A stretch of DNA of 64,000 nucleotides, taken from Trueperaceae bacterium (GTDB lineage: Bacteria > Deinococcota > Deinococci > Deinococcales > Trueperaceae). Numbering within the stretch: the stretch's first letter is position 1; each line of letters begins with the position of its first letter. The stretch lies in contig OZ243913.1 of the NCBI GenBank assembly GCA_965213705.1, positions 2,976,001 to 3,040,000 on the forward strand, in the 5' to 3' direction. The position numbers and the translations under genes were made by a program. Below are positions 10,001 to 19,844 of the stretch, one piece after another. Below the pieces are notes generated by a model, which saw only the letters and a list, made by a program, of their open reading frames with translations, did no database searches and was not told the DNA's origin.

Positions 10001-10995
10001 CCCTCAAAGACGCGTTCAACAACTGGCCGCAAAAACTGGGCGCGCTGGCCCTGGCCGTGTTTGTGTGGTACTTCGTCAACCTCAGCAACACCGACATTTC
10101 GCAAGGAACGTTCACCGTCCCGGTCGCGGTCGAAGGCGTCAGCGCGGACCAGGTGCCGAGCGGCGTGCCCGAAACGATTGAGGTCATCGTGTCGGGGCCG
10201 AGCCGCGGGGTCAACCGCTTGAGCTTGACGCCCGAGCGCATCGACGCGACTCTCGACTTGAGCGGAGTCAGCGGCGCGTTCCAGCGGCCGATTTTGGTCT
10301 CGGCGCCGCAAGACATCACCATCCTCAACCGCATCCCGTCCGAGGCGGTCGGCACGGTGGAGACCGTCGACACCAAAACGGTGCCCGTCGCGGTGGGGCT
10401 GTTGGGGGGCGGCGACGGACTACTCATCCCGAGTTACGCGCCGCAGACGGCCGTGGTGCGGGGCCGCAGCTCGGTTTTGGAGCGGGTGGCGCAGGTCCTG
10501 GCGACGGTGCAACCCACGCCGGGCGAGCAAGAAGTCTCGCTCTACACCGTTACTGACGCAGGCAAACCGGTCAGCGACGCCATGCTGAACGTGGACCCGC
10601 AAACCGTGACGGTAAACGTGAGCGAAGTGCCGGTTCTTTACACCAAAACCCTGCCCGTAAGCGTTTTGGAACCCGACTTCGAGCCCTTCGCACTCACAAG
10701 CTTCACCCAGTCTCGAGACACGGTGCGCGTCGCCGGACCCAAAGAAGTGCTCGACACGCTCACCGAGGCCGTGGGCTTCGTCCAACTCGATACGCCCCTC
10801 AGAGCGGCGGGTGAGTATACTTTGCAGGTTAGACCGCAGCTGCCCGACGGGGTTACGGTGCTGGAGCCGGTTTCCGTCCAACTAACTCTCGAGCCACCCA
10901 CCCCGCCCCCTGGAGACACGAATGATTTACCCGATTCGCCTGTACGGAGACCCGGTGCTACGCAAAACGGCGAGCCCGGTGACATCGTTCGGTAA
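9997..10995 (+). CDS. cdaR: CdaR/YbbR-like regulator of diadenylate cyclase
   Basis: GTG start overlaps the cdaA stop (GTGA); NW..K..AL.LA..VW anchor followed by YbbR-like beta repeats. Confidence 0.85.
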   Translation: MTLKDAFNNWPQKLGALALAVFVWYFVNLSNTDISQGTFTVPVAVEGVSADQVPSGVPETIEVIVSGPSRGVNRLSLTPERIDATLDLSGVSGAFQRPILVSAPQDITILNRIPSEAVGTVETVDTKTVPVAVGLLGGGDGLLIPSYAPQTAVVRGRSSVLERVAQVLATVQPTPGEQEVSLYTVTDAGKPVSDAMLNVDPQTVTVNVSEVPVLYTKTLPVSVLEPDFEPFALTSFTQSRDTVRVAGPKEVLDTLTEAVGFVQLDTPLRAAGEYTLQVRPQLPDGVTVLEPVSVQLTLEPPTPPPGDTNDLPDSPVRRPGATQNGEPGDIVR

Positions 10996-11560
10996 AAGTT
11001 TGGAACGCCTCGCCTCCGACATGGTTGAAACGATGTACGAGCACAACGGCATCGGCTTGGCCGGGCCACAAATCGGCTTGTCCAAACGCCTCTTTATCGC
11101 CGCCGAAGTCGACAAAAGCTTAGTCGAGGACGAGGACGAAGACGCGCCTGTGCCGCAGAACCTGCAAGAAAAACGCCGGCGCTGGGGCGTCGTCGCCGAA
11201 CACTTCATGGTCAACCCGGAAATTGTCCGCCGCGCCGGTGCTCAAACCGGTTTCGACGGCTGTCTGAGCCTGCCGGGGTTGTACGTCGAGGGCATGGAGC
11301 GCCCCGACACCGTCACCGTGCGCTACCAGGACGCCCACGGTCAGTGGCACGAGCGCCAAGCCAACGGTCACTTCGCTTGGGTGATTCAGCACGAGTACGA
11401 CCACTTGGAAGGCGTGTTCTTTTTCGACCGCTTGCCCGAGACCGAAAAGCGCAAGTTTTTAGAAGAGCACCGCGGCGACTTGGCGCAAATGCAGCGTGAC
11501 GCCAAAACTTTTTTGAAAGACCGGAAAGACAAAGCCTCGCCTTTACCGGTTTTGAGCTGA
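10922..11560 (+). CDS. def: Peptide deformylase
   Basis: YGDPVLR, GIGLAGPQIG, DGCLS, QHEYDHLEG; adjacent to fmt. Confidence 0.96.
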   Translation: MIYPIRLYGDPVLRKTASPVTSFGKSLERLASDMVETMYEHNGIGLAGPQIGLSKRLFIAAEVDKSLVEDEDEDAPVPQNLQEKRRRWGVVAEHFMVNPEIVRRAGAQTGFDGCLSLPGLYVEGMERPDTVTVRYQDAHGQWHERQANGHFAWVIQHEYDHLEGVFFFDRLPETEKRKFLEEHRGDLAQMQRDAKTFLKDRKDKASPLPVLS

Positions 11561-12483
11561 TGCGCGCCGCCCTGTTCGGCTCGCCCGGTTTCGCCCTGCC
11601 GACGCTGCACGCCCTCAACGCCCAGCACGAAATCGTCCTCGTCGTTACGCAACCGGACAAGCCCGTCGGGCGTGGGCTCGAGCTGAGGTCGCCGCCCCTC
11701 GCGGTAGCGGCCAAAGAGCTGGGGCTGCGGCTCGAGCAACCGCGTCGCCTCAAAAAAAACGAGGCGTTTCATGACCTCGTCAAAAGCTTGAACCTAGACG
11801 TCGCCGTGACCGCCGCTTACGGTAAAATCCTGCCGCAGAGCTTACTGGATATACCCGAACACGGTTTTCTGAACGTCCACGCCAGCCTGCTGCCGAAGTA
11901 CCGCGGGGCCGCGCCGATTCAGTGGGCGCTTGTCAATGGCGAGACAGAGACGGGCATCAGCCTCATGCAGACCGAAGCCGGGCTCGACACCGGCCCGGTG
12001 CGACACGTAAAAAAGTTGGACGTAGCGGCAGAAGACACGGCGCTGACGCTGTTCGACAAACTTGCCGAACTGGGGGCGCAGGCGCTTTCGGAGGGGCTCG
12101 AGCTTTTAGAAGCGGGCGCCCTTCCCTGCCAGCCGCAGGACGACACGAGAGCGACACATGCGCCGCTTTTGACCAAAGAAGACGGCGAAGTGTGTTGGCT
12201 AGACACCGCGCAAGCCGTCGTCAACCGCTACCGCGGCGTGGTTGCCTGGCCGGGCACCTGGACGAGTTTTCGCCAGCAGACGCTAAAAGTTCACAGCCTC
12301 GAGCCTACCGAGGGCGACGGCGCTCCGGGCACGGTTTTGAAAGTCGGCAAAGAGGGCGTCACGGTTGCGACCGGCGGCGGGGCGGTTATACTCGTGAGCG
12401 TGCAGCCTCCCAACAAAGCCAAAATGCTCGCTTACGACTGGGCCAACGGCTACCGGGTGAAAGAGGGCGATAAGCTTGGCTAA
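11560..12483 (+). CDS. fmt: Methionyl-tRNA formyltransferase
   Basis: VTQPDKPVGRG, NVHASLLPKYRGAAPIQWA, LDTGP. Confidence 0.97.
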   Translation: MRAALFGSPGFALPTLHALNAQHEIVLVVTQPDKPVGRGLELRSPPLAVAAKELGLRLEQPRRLKKNEAFHDLVKSLNLDVAVTAAYGKILPQSLLDIPEHGFLNVHASLLPKYRGAAPIQWALVNGETETGISLMQTEAGLDTGPVRHVKKLDVAAEDTALTLFDKLAELGAQALSEGLELLEAGALPCQPQDDTRATHAPLLTKEDGEVCWLDTAQAVVNRYRGVVAWPGTWTSFRQQTLKVHSLEPTEGDGAPGTVLKVGKEGVTVATGGGAVILVSVQPPNKAKMLAYDWANGYRVKEGDKLG

Positions 12484-13795
12484 AGTTGCGATTGTGGGCC
12501 GCCCGAACGTGGGCAAGTCGAGCCTGTTCAACCGGCTCGTCGGCCGCCGCGAGGCGATCGTCGCCGACCAACCCGGCGTCACGCGCGACGTAAAAAGCGC
12601 GCAGGTCACCTCGGACTTAGGCGGCAAGTTCACGCTGCTCGACACGGGCGGCTTGTGGTCGAACGACACCTGGGAAGCGGCCATCAAGCGCCGTATCGAG
12701 GCGAGTCTGCAAGACGTCGACTTGATTTTATTCGCGGTGGACGGGCGGACGCCGCTCTCGAGCGCCGACTTTGAGATTGCCGGTTGGCTCCGCACCCTGA
12801 ACAAAGACACGATGCTCCTCGCGACAAAACTCGACGACCCGCGCCACGAAGAAAACCCCGACCTGTTTGAAACCTACAACCTTGGTTTCGGCGAGCCCTA
12901 CCCCGTAAGCGCCGAACACGCGCGGGGCACCGCCGACCTCATCGACATCATCCTGGACAAGTTGCCCGAGGAAGACGAAGGCGCGGAAGAGGCGCGCGTG
13001 CGCGTCGCGATTATCGGGCGGCCGAACGTGGGCAAGTCGAGCCTGCTCAACGCCATCGTCGGCAGCGAGCAGACCATCGTCGCCGACGAAGCGGGCACGA
13101 CGCGGGACAGCGTCGACGTCGAGTTCAATTTTGCGGGCCGGCCCTTCACCCTCGTCGACACCGCCGGGATTCGCCGCAAGCCCGACGAGGGCGTCGAGTT
13201 CTACTCGAAAGTGCGCAGCGAAGAGGCGATTCACAAGGCCGACGTGACCGTCCTCGTCGTCGACCCGTTCGAGTTGGGCGACCACGAGATGCGCATGGCG
13301 AACGTGGCCTTAGAAGCGGGCAAGCCCGTCGTCCTCGCCGTCAACAAGTGGGACCTCGTCACCGACGAGCAGTTGAAACTTTTCGAACGCGAGGTTCGCG
13401 AACAGCTCTCGCACCTCGGGCACGCGCCCAAGGTCTACACGAGCGCCGTCACCGACTACGGCCTGCACGAGCTGTTGGCAAGCGTCATCCGCGTGTACGA
13501 CACCGCGCACCGGCGCGTCTCGACGGGCCAGATGAACGCCTGGATGGAAGTGTGGACGCAGCGCCAAGCGCCGCCCAACTTCAGCGGCAAGCCCCTCAAG
13601 CTGTTCTACACCACTCAAGCCGACGTCGCCCCGCCGACGTTCGTGATGAGCGTCAACAACGAAAAGTTCGTGACGCGGCCTTATGAGCAGTACCTCCTCA
13701 ACCGCATACGCGAAGATTTGGACTTCGCCGAGGTGCCGATTCGGCTCATCTTCAAGTCGCGGAACAAGGACGGCGGCAAGCGGGTACGTCTCTGA
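12476..13795 (+). CDS. der: Ribosome biogenesis GTPase Der (EngA)
   Basis: Two GRPNVGKSS P-loops, DTGG/DTAG, NKWD, C-terminal KH-like domain. Confidence 0.97.
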   Translation: MAKVAIVGRPNVGKSSLFNRLVGRREAIVADQPGVTRDVKSAQVTSDLGGKFTLLDTGGLWSNDTWEAAIKRRIEASLQDVDLILFAVDGRTPLSSADFEIAGWLRTLNKDTMLLATKLDDPRHEENPDLFETYNLGFGEPYPVSAEHARGTADLIDIILDKLPEEDEGAEEARVRVAIIGRPNVGKSSLLNAIVGSEQTIVADEAGTTRDSVDVEFNFAGRPFTLVDTAGIRRKPDEGVEFYSKVRSEEAIHKADVTVLVVDPFELGDHEMRMANVALEAGKPVVLAVNKWDLVTDEQLKLFEREVREQLSHLGHAPKVYTSAVTDYGLHELLASVIRVYDTAHRRVSTGQMNAWMEVWTQRQAPPNFSGKPLKLFYTTQADVAPPTFVMSVNNEKFVTRPYEQYLLNRIREDLDFAEVPIRLIFKSRNKDGGKRVRL

Positions 13796-13838
13796 GGGGC
13801 GCTTGGACTCGACTTACAAAAGTTTTATACTGAAAATT

Positions 13839-14411
13839 ATGGACACGCTGACTTCGAACAACTCGGTGCAGGCATTCAGGCGCTACCGGTTCACCCCAGA
13901 AGAGTACTTGCGCCTAGCCGAGTTAGGTGTTTTAGCGGGCCGCACCGAACTGCGGGACGGAGATATTCTGACGATGTCACCCACGAGCCCGCTTCACAAC
14001 GCCCTCGTTTTACGCTTGCGCCGCCGTCTCGAGGCCGCACTGGGAACGCGCGTGCTCGTGTTCGAACAGAGTACCGTCCGCTTCGGTGGTTGGCTTCCCG
14101 AGCCGGATTTGCTGGTTGCTTTTCACCGCGACGACGACTACGCCGAGAGCTATCCGAAACCGGAAGATATCGCCCTCGTCATCGAAGTTTCGGTAAGCAC
14201 CTTGGCCGAAGACAGAAACGAAAAAGTGCCCCGGTACGCTCGAGCCGGTGTCCGCGAGGTCTGGCTTTACAACGTTGGAGAACAGGTGTTCGAAGTTTTC
14301 TGGACTCCTCAGCGCGCGACCTATCAGGCCGAGCAAACATACAGCCACGACCAGGTGTTCGCCCTGCAAGCCTTCCCCAACAAACCGAGCGTATGGTCGC
14401 CGGAACGCTGA
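13839..14411 (+). CDS. Uma2 family (DUF820) PD-(D/E)xK endonuclease-like protein
   Basis: FT.EEY, ELRDG..MSP..P.H, PEPD, LVIEVS, K...YARAGV.EVW; TATACT 7 nt before ATG 13839. Confidence 0.88.
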   Translation: MDTLTSNNSVQAFRRYRFTPEEYLRLAELGVLAGRTELRDGDILTMSPTSPLHNALVLRLRRRLEAALGTRVLVFEQSTVRFGGWLPEPDLLVAFHRDDDYAESYPKPEDIALVIEVSVSTLAEDRNEKVPRYARAGVREVWLYNVGEQVFEVFWTPQRATYQAEQTYSHDQVFALQAFPNKPSVWSPER

Positions 14412-14428
14412 TACGTTACACTGTGACT

Positions 14429-15217
14429 ATGAAAAAATTTATGATTATAGCGCTGGCAGCGTGGTTCAGTTTTTCGTTAGCACAAGACACGGCGTCCCAG
14501 GACACCACATCTTGTGCGGCGCTGCTCGAGCCCCCACCCCTTCAAGACCAAGCGAACGCTGCATGGTCGAACCTGCAGTCGGTCGAAGCCGACACGACCG
14601 CGACGCAAACCGTCGAAGGTGAGTCCGTCGCTTTGGCGGTGCGCATTCTTTTCGACTTGACCAACAAGCGTATCTATCAAACCACGAACCTTAACGGTGA
14701 AGAAGTAGCCGTGTTGCGCTACGCGGACGGCAAAGCGAGCATGACCATGCCCGGTGTGGACGAAAACTTGCCCACGCCTCCAGGTCTCGAGGCGCAGTTT
14801 CAGCAGCAACTCGAGCAAATGTCCCAAAACGTATTAAGCGACCCCACCGCGGTGTGGGGCGAATCCGAAATTATCAGTTGCGACGGCACGAAACAGTACG
14901 GCGACGTTTTGACAGGTGAGCAGGTCACGGTGCGGTTGCAAGCGGGCGAAGGCAACGCCCTCCTCCAAACCGTCATGCCGGATACGCCCGTGCAACTCGT
15001 CTTTGTCGAAGGGCAGGCGAAGGGCGTCGTGCAAGAATTACCCGAACTCGGCCCCACCCTCATGGTGTTCGACGTGACTCAAAACAGTGAGGGCCTGGTC
15101 GAGCGTGTGGCAATCCAGCAGTACAGTTGGGACGGCAGCGTCGTGGAAGCCACGGGTACGACGACGGTAGACTACAGCTACGATGTGCCGGTTAACGAAA
15201 CCCTTTTCAACCCGTAA
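14429..15217 (+). CDS. Exported hypothetical protein
   Basis: Signal peptide MKKFMIIALAAWFSFSLA-Q; TACACT 6 nt before ATG; acidic beta-rich body. Confidence 0.75.
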   Translation: MKKFMIIALAAWFSFSLAQDTASQDTTSCAALLEPPPLQDQANAAWSNLQSVEADTTATQTVEGESVALAVRILFDLTNKRIYQTTNLNGEEVAVLRYADGKASMTMPGVDENLPTPPGLEAQFQQQLEQMSQNVLSDPTAVWGESEIISCDGTKQYGDVLTGEQVTVRLQAGEGNALLQTVMPDTPVQLVFVEGQAKGVVQELPELGPTLMVFDVTQNSEGLVERVAIQQYSWDGSVVEATGTTTVDYSYDVPVNETLFNP

Positions 15218-15224
15218 ACCCTGT

Positions 15225-15707
15225 TCAAACCGTACAGCCACACTCTAACCCGAGCGCGACCGGCGAGATGTGCCGCGCTACTCCATCCTGCCGTACGTGC
15301 AACACTAGAAGAGTGTAAGGGTTGAAAACGACGACGTCTTTGACCCCTTGGGCCAAATAGAACTGAGGCCCGATGTCCAAGTCTTTGGCCTCGTAACCTT
15401 TGCTGATAACCTCGATGACCGCCTCGGGCACCAGGGTAATCGCCTCTTCTTGCTCCTCAGGCTCCTTGAAAAAAACTGAGATGTCCGGCCTTTTTAAGGA
15501 GCCGTCTGGAAAAGCCACGTAAACGTCGGCTGTGTGGACGCAGCCGCACTTCCCACCCTGAGCGTCCGCTGTCGGCACGATGGTCGCGCGAATCCGGTCG
15601 ACGGCTTTTTGGTGCTTGTATACCGGATGCGGTTCCCAAATCGGCAAGCCCGCCACCCGCTCCAAGCGAATCCCGAGTTCGTCGGCGCGTAAAAGTTTAG
15701 GGTCCAT
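15225..15707 (-). CDS. Uma2 family endonuclease-like protein
   Basis: KRPDIS, PEAVIEVIS, YLAQGVKD motifs. Confidence 0.8.
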   Translation of the reverse strand: MDPKLLRADELGIRLERVAGLPIWEPHPVYKHQKAVDRIRATIVPTADAQGGKCGCVHTADVYVAFPDGSLKRPDISVFFKEPEEQEEAITLVPEAVIEVISKGYEAKDLDIGPQFYLAQGVKDVVVFNPYTLLVLHVRQDGVARHISPVALGLECGCTV

Positions 15708-15761
15708 CGTCGTACTCCATGCGACCAAAGTAGCACGAACCGCCTTACTTTCGAGTCTGCG

Positions 15762-16376
15762 TCAGGCAAGCTCGAGCCCGAAGGTCGTTTCCACCACGCC
15801 CGGCAGCAGCTTATAAATCGAACAGCCCAACGCGGTTTCAAAAGTTTTTTGAATGTCCAGGTAAGCCTGCCACTTCGGAACGGTGTACTCGTTGACGCCG
15901 TGGCGCAGCGCGACGTCAATCATGCGTTTTTCCAGCAGACACAAGCCCGAAGGTAACGCGAGGCAATCGCAAAGCTGTAACAAGTGGTCATAGTCGGTGT
16001 AGGTGAGGCTCGAGAGGTAATTGTCAACAAAAGCAAGCTCCTCTTCAGTCACGTCCCAGTGGCCGAAGATGGCTTTATGGTCCTGAACGGGAAACGAGTG
16101 CGTCATGCAAATCCGCGCCGCGTCGTCGAAACTGCCTTCTTGTAAAAAACTATAACCGTCGAGCGTGTGGCGCATCCCCGTCACGCCTTCTTGCCGCCCG
16201 AGGTCGTGAAGCAGCCCCAGGATGTGAGCGGTTTCGGGATTCAAGTCGGGGTGAGGTTCGGCGATGCAGCGGGCGGCGAGAGCGACATTTTGTGAGTGCG
16301 CCACCCAGGGACCGGGGTTGCGGCGCTCGGCCTCGAGCAGCAAGCGTTCCGCTTCCTCAAGGCTCGGAATCTTCAC
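15762..16376 (-). CDS. HD-domain phosphohydrolase
   Basis: HS..VA, GLLHDLGR, downstream H and D ligands. Confidence 0.85.
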   Translation of the reverse strand: MKIPSLEEAERLLLEAERRNPGPWVAHSQNVALAARCIAEPHPDLNPETAHILGLLHDLGRQEGVTGMRHTLDGYSFLQEGSFDDAARICMTHSFPVQDHKAIFGHWDVTEEELAFVDNYLSSLTYTDYDHLLQLCDCLALPSGLCLLEKRMIDVALRHGVNEYTVPKWQAYLDIQKTFETALGCSIYKLLPGVVETTFGLELA

Positions 16377-17086
16377 GCTTTTTCGACCTCTAAGTCCACC
16401 TTGAGGTTACCCCGCCGCGTCTCGCCCTGCACCGAGCCGACCGAGAAGCGGCCCAAACCTTCGGCGTAGACCTCGTCGCCCGCTTCGGCGTTGCTGGACT
16501 TGCCCGCTTTTTGACCGTTGACAGTTACATTGCCCGCGGCGACGCCCTTGCTGAAGTAAGAGCGCGACACGTTGAACGCCTTTGCACCGAGGGCGTCGAC
16601 GCGCAAGGACGGCACGATGACGGTGCTGCGTTTGCGGCTGCCCGAGGCGACGCGCTCAACGGCGACCTCCTGCAACTCTACGTTGCGCCCGCGTACGTTG
16701 ACGGTTCCGGGCAAGTCTTTACCCGCCTCGCTCAGCACGATGATGGAAAACCCGGCGGCGTGTTTGACCGTATCGCCCACCGCCTCAGCGCCCAGCGCTT
16801 GCTTGAACGCGGCAAACAGGTCGTCCGGCTCTAAAACGCCTTCGGCGTAGAACGCGCTCAGAGGTGTGGTGGCTTCGGGGATGGTCTCCGGGAACGCCGT
16901 CACCACGCGGCGACGCGCCCCCGGGAAGCCGCCCGAGACGTGGACGCCGACCTCGGCCTCGCGGAGTTTGGCGCTCAAGGCGGCGGCCGCGTCGGGCTCC
17001 AAAAAGCCCGTATGCGCCACGCGGCCGCCGCGCGCGGCGGTGAGCAAGCGCTCTAAAGCGCCGTTGGCGACCGGTTTAGCGGACAT
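16373..17086 (-). CDS. YlmH/Sll1252-like S4-domain RNA-binding protein
   Basis: TGFLEP, GGFPGARR, SLRVDAL...SRS, GLGRF...TRRGN. Confidence 0.82.
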   Translation of the reverse strand: MSAKPVANGALERLLTAARGGRVAHTGFLEPDAAAALSAKLREAEVGVHVSGGFPGARRRVVTAFPETIPEATTPLSAFYAEGVLEPDDLFAAFKQALGAEAVGDTVKHAAGFSIIVLSEAGKDLPGTVNVRGRNVELQEVAVERVASGSRKRSTVIVPSLRVDALGAKAFNVSRSYFSKGVAAGNVTVNGQKAGKSSNAEAGDEVYAEGLGRFSVGSVQGETRRGNLKVDLEVEKA

Positions 17087-17705
17087 CGGCGACCTCGACG
17101 CCTTTAGCGCGCAGGCGTTCGGGAAAACCGCTCGAGTCCTCACCGGTCACGCGCAGCACGAGTTCGCGGCGCTGGCCCGCCTTGACGCCCGCCGTGACGA
17201 CCGCGACGATGTTGGACGGCGGCCCCGCCTCGGCGACGCGCGCCAGGATACCGGGCTCGTCCGGCAGCACCACGGTCACTCGGGTGCCGCCCTCGCGCAG
17301 ACCCAACACCTCGACGAACGTTCCCAGCATGTCGGTGATGGTGAGAATCCCGACGACCGCGCCATCCTCCACCACGGGCAGACCCGACACCTTATGTTCT
17401 TCCATGATGAGGGCGGCGGTTTCGATGGGGTCGTCCGGCTCCACGCTTCTAACCGGCTTCTTCATGACGTCTTTGACGGTGAGTTTGCTCAGGAGGTAGT
17501 TGAGTTCGTAAACCGACAAGGTCGTGGCTTTGGACGGCGTCGCCTCTTTGAGGTCGCGGTCGGTGACGATGCCTGCAAGCTTGCCGTTTTCAACCACCGG
17601 CAATCGGCGGAAACCGCCTTCCCGCAAGACTTGCATCGCCTCCATCACCGGAGTTTTGGCGGTCACGGTTTGGGGGTCGGCGGTCATCCATTCTTTAACG
17701 AACAT
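17076..17705 (-). CDS. CBS-pair plus ACT domain protein (AcuB-like)
   Basis: Two CBS motifs (RLPVV..GIVTDRDL; GLPVV..GILTITD) and DEPGILA ACT motif. Confidence 0.88.
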   Translation of the reverse strand: MFVKEWMTADPQTVTAKTPVMEAMQVLREGGFRRLPVVENGKLAGIVTDRDLKEATPSKATTLSVYELNYLLSKLTVKDVMKKPVRSVEPDDPIETAALIMEEHKVSGLPVVEDGAVVGILTITDMLGTFVEVLGLREGGTRVTVVLPDEPGILARVAEAGPPSNIVAVVTAGVKAGQRRELVLRVTGEDSSGFPERLRAKGVEVADVR

Positions 17706-18078
17706 GTTCGTCTCCTTTGGGGTTTTTAGGGAACGTCAGGCGCTACAGCATACCAGCTTGCGCCCAGCGCCGAAGCGCTGTAAACCGAGGCGCCGTGCTG
17801 AGGCGCTGTACCGAGACGACGTCCGCTAATGCAAACGAAAGGGTGCAGACGAGACCGTGTCCCAGGTGCCGTGCCGAGGTTGCCGTCTTGCCAGCCACTA
17901 TGCAAAAACTGTGTGAAGACCGTACAAAAAGCGGTCGAGCACCCCGAGCCAACCTGTTTACGGGTTCTGATTAAACCTCTTGCCCAAATCCAAGCGGACA
18001 ACGATGTTGAACGGCCGCGCTGTTGCCCGGCTGATGTCGCAAGAAGTCCGCTGAACCGGGGCCTCGAGAACTGCCGCC

Positions 18079-18130
18079 TCGTCCGACACTTTGTCGTCCG
18101 ACGTTTCGTCACCAACGCTTCGCCGTCCAA
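18079..18130. repeat. Degenerate 15-bp tandem repeat
   Basis: TCGTCCGACACTTTG / TCGTCCGACGTTTCG / TCACCAACGCTTCG / CCGTCCAA. Confidence 0.6.
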
Positions 18131-18191
18131 ACCGGGGGTTGGGAAAGCTGGAAAGCACTGTAAAAGCGGGGGGCGCGGTAGGCTACGGGCT

Positions 18192-19760
18192 ATGAGTCAG
18201 GAATCTTTGTTGCTGGTCGTCGTTTTCGTCACCGGGTTTATGGTGGTTCGTTGGATGGTGCGGCTGGCCCCCCTCGTGAGCGAGTTGCCTCTAAAGACAC
18301 TGTCGGCGACGATTTTGGCGGGCGTGGTCGGTGCGGGCCACAGCGGGTTGGTGCCCTTTGCACCCTCCAGCACTCTTCTTTGGGTGACCCTCGTCGCGGC
18401 GCCGCTGTACGTGTTCGGTCCCCTTTTGCTCACAGGCTTGGCTCGAGCCCGGCTTTACAAGCTCGGCGGTCTGCTTGCCGACCTTTTGTACTGGACGCCG
18501 GAAGGCCGGAGCGCCGTCAAGCGGCTGCTCGTCCAAATCGCGTTGCAGCAGGGCGACGCGGGCGCGGCGCTCACTTTTTTGGGCGAGGACGCCGACCCGC
18601 TCATGCTGGCGCAGGCCTACGCGCTCACCGAGCGCTGGGACAAAGTGCTCTCGCTACGCGTCCCCGTGGCCGGGGACAACGCGTCGTTGGCGCTGGCCGC
18701 GCGGGTCCAGGCGTACGTTGCGCTGAACCGGCTCGACCAAGCCGAAGCCGAACTTTCCGAAATGCGCGAGCGTTGGCAGAAAACCCAGGGACCGGTGGGT
18801 TACCGCAGTCTTTTACTCAGCGAGGCGCGGGTGGCGGCCGAGCGCGGCGAGTTCGAAACAGTAAAGCGCAAGTTGGAAGACATCCCCTCGGGCGTTCCGG
18901 CTCATCACGTTTTCGGCGTAGCCGGGCGCGCCGCCGAGCGGGCCGGCGGGATAGACACCGCTGTGAACCTCTATAGCCAGGCTTACAGCGCCGCTCCGGC
19001 GGTGCAGCGGCAGGGCTACGCCGACAAGTTGAGTCACTACGGCGCGCCGCTGCCCGAACTCGTGCGCTCGACCAAGGCCTACGGCACGTACGGCCTGCTC
19101 GCCGCAATCGTGTCGGCCTACGTTTTGCAGGTTTGGCTTGACCAGCAGTACCCCTTACCCGCTTCGGCGGGCGGGCTTACCGTGAGTTCGGTGTTGGCGG
19201 CGTTTTTCCTCAACTTGCCGAGCATTCCCGGCGCGGACGCACCCTGGCGCTACCTTTCTTACGGTTTTTTACACGGCGGAATCGTCCATTTAGGCTTCAA
19301 CGCCTGGGTGCTCTTCGACATCGGGCGGCTCTACGAGCGGCGGCGCAGTTGGGGCAACTTGCTTGCCGCGTTCGTCGTCGGGACCGCCGGAGGCGCGTTG
19401 TTGACGGTGTTGGTAGGCTCGCCTGGCCCCCTAATTCTGGTCGGCGCGTCCGGGGGCATTTTGGGGTTGGCCGGGGCGCTCCTCGCCGACGTGTGGCGCG
19501 GGCAGAGCCAGCAAGACCGGCTTATGGCGCGGTCGCTTTTGCAGTGGATGGCTTTAATCGTGGTGTTTTCACTCGCCGTACAAGGCGTGTCGCTGTGGGG
19601 TCACGTCGGCGGCCTGGTCGGCGGCTTTTTGTGGGGCTTTGCGCGCCGCCTGTTGCCCCGCTCGAGCGCCGTCGACCTCGGCGCTGGCCTCCTCAGCATC
19701 GGGCTGATGGTTTACGCGCTGGCGCAGGGGGCAAGTTTGTTTGTGCGGTACGTTCTTTAG
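18192..19760 (+). CDS. Rhomboid intramembrane serine protease with N-terminal TM and TPR-like region
   Basis: WRYLS..FLHGG..HL.FN, GASG, GHVGG; TAGGCT 7 nt before ATG 18192. Confidence 0.88.
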   Translation: MSQESLLLVVVFVTGFMVVRWMVRLAPLVSELPLKTLSATILAGVVGAGHSGLVPFAPSSTLLWVTLVAAPLYVFGPLLLTGLARARLYKLGGLLADLLYWTPEGRSAVKRLLVQIALQQGDAGAALTFLGEDADPLMLAQAYALTERWDKVLSLRVPVAGDNASLALAARVQAYVALNRLDQAEAELSEMRERWQKTQGPVGYRSLLLSEARVAAERGEFETVKRKLEDIPSGVPAHHVFGVAGRAAERAGGIDTAVNLYSQAYSAAPAVQRQGYADKLSHYGAPLPELVRSTKAYGTYGLLAAIVSAYVLQVWLDQQYPLPASAGGLTVSSVLAAFFLNLPSIPGADAPWRYLSYGFLHGGIVHLGFNAWVLFDIGRLYERRRSWGNLLAAFVVGTAGGALLTVLVGSPGPLILVGASGGILGLAGALLADVWRGQSQQDRLMARSLLQWMALIVVFSLAVQGVSLWGHVGGLVGGFLWGFARRLLPRSSAVDLGAGLLSIGLMVYALAQGASLFVRYVL

Positions 19761-19844
19761 ACTCTCTTTGACTTTGTGACGACACCTTGCAGACGACCGG
19801 CAGAGGTCGCCAAGGCCCTCGCCGGACCGAGACAGCTGCGCTTT

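Noticed and set aside
17706..18191. ncRNA, or a long N-terminal extension of the rhomboid as in the ORF track (start 17829)
   Set aside because: The extension looks non-coding, ATG 18192 has a -10 box, and no RNA motif was recognised.
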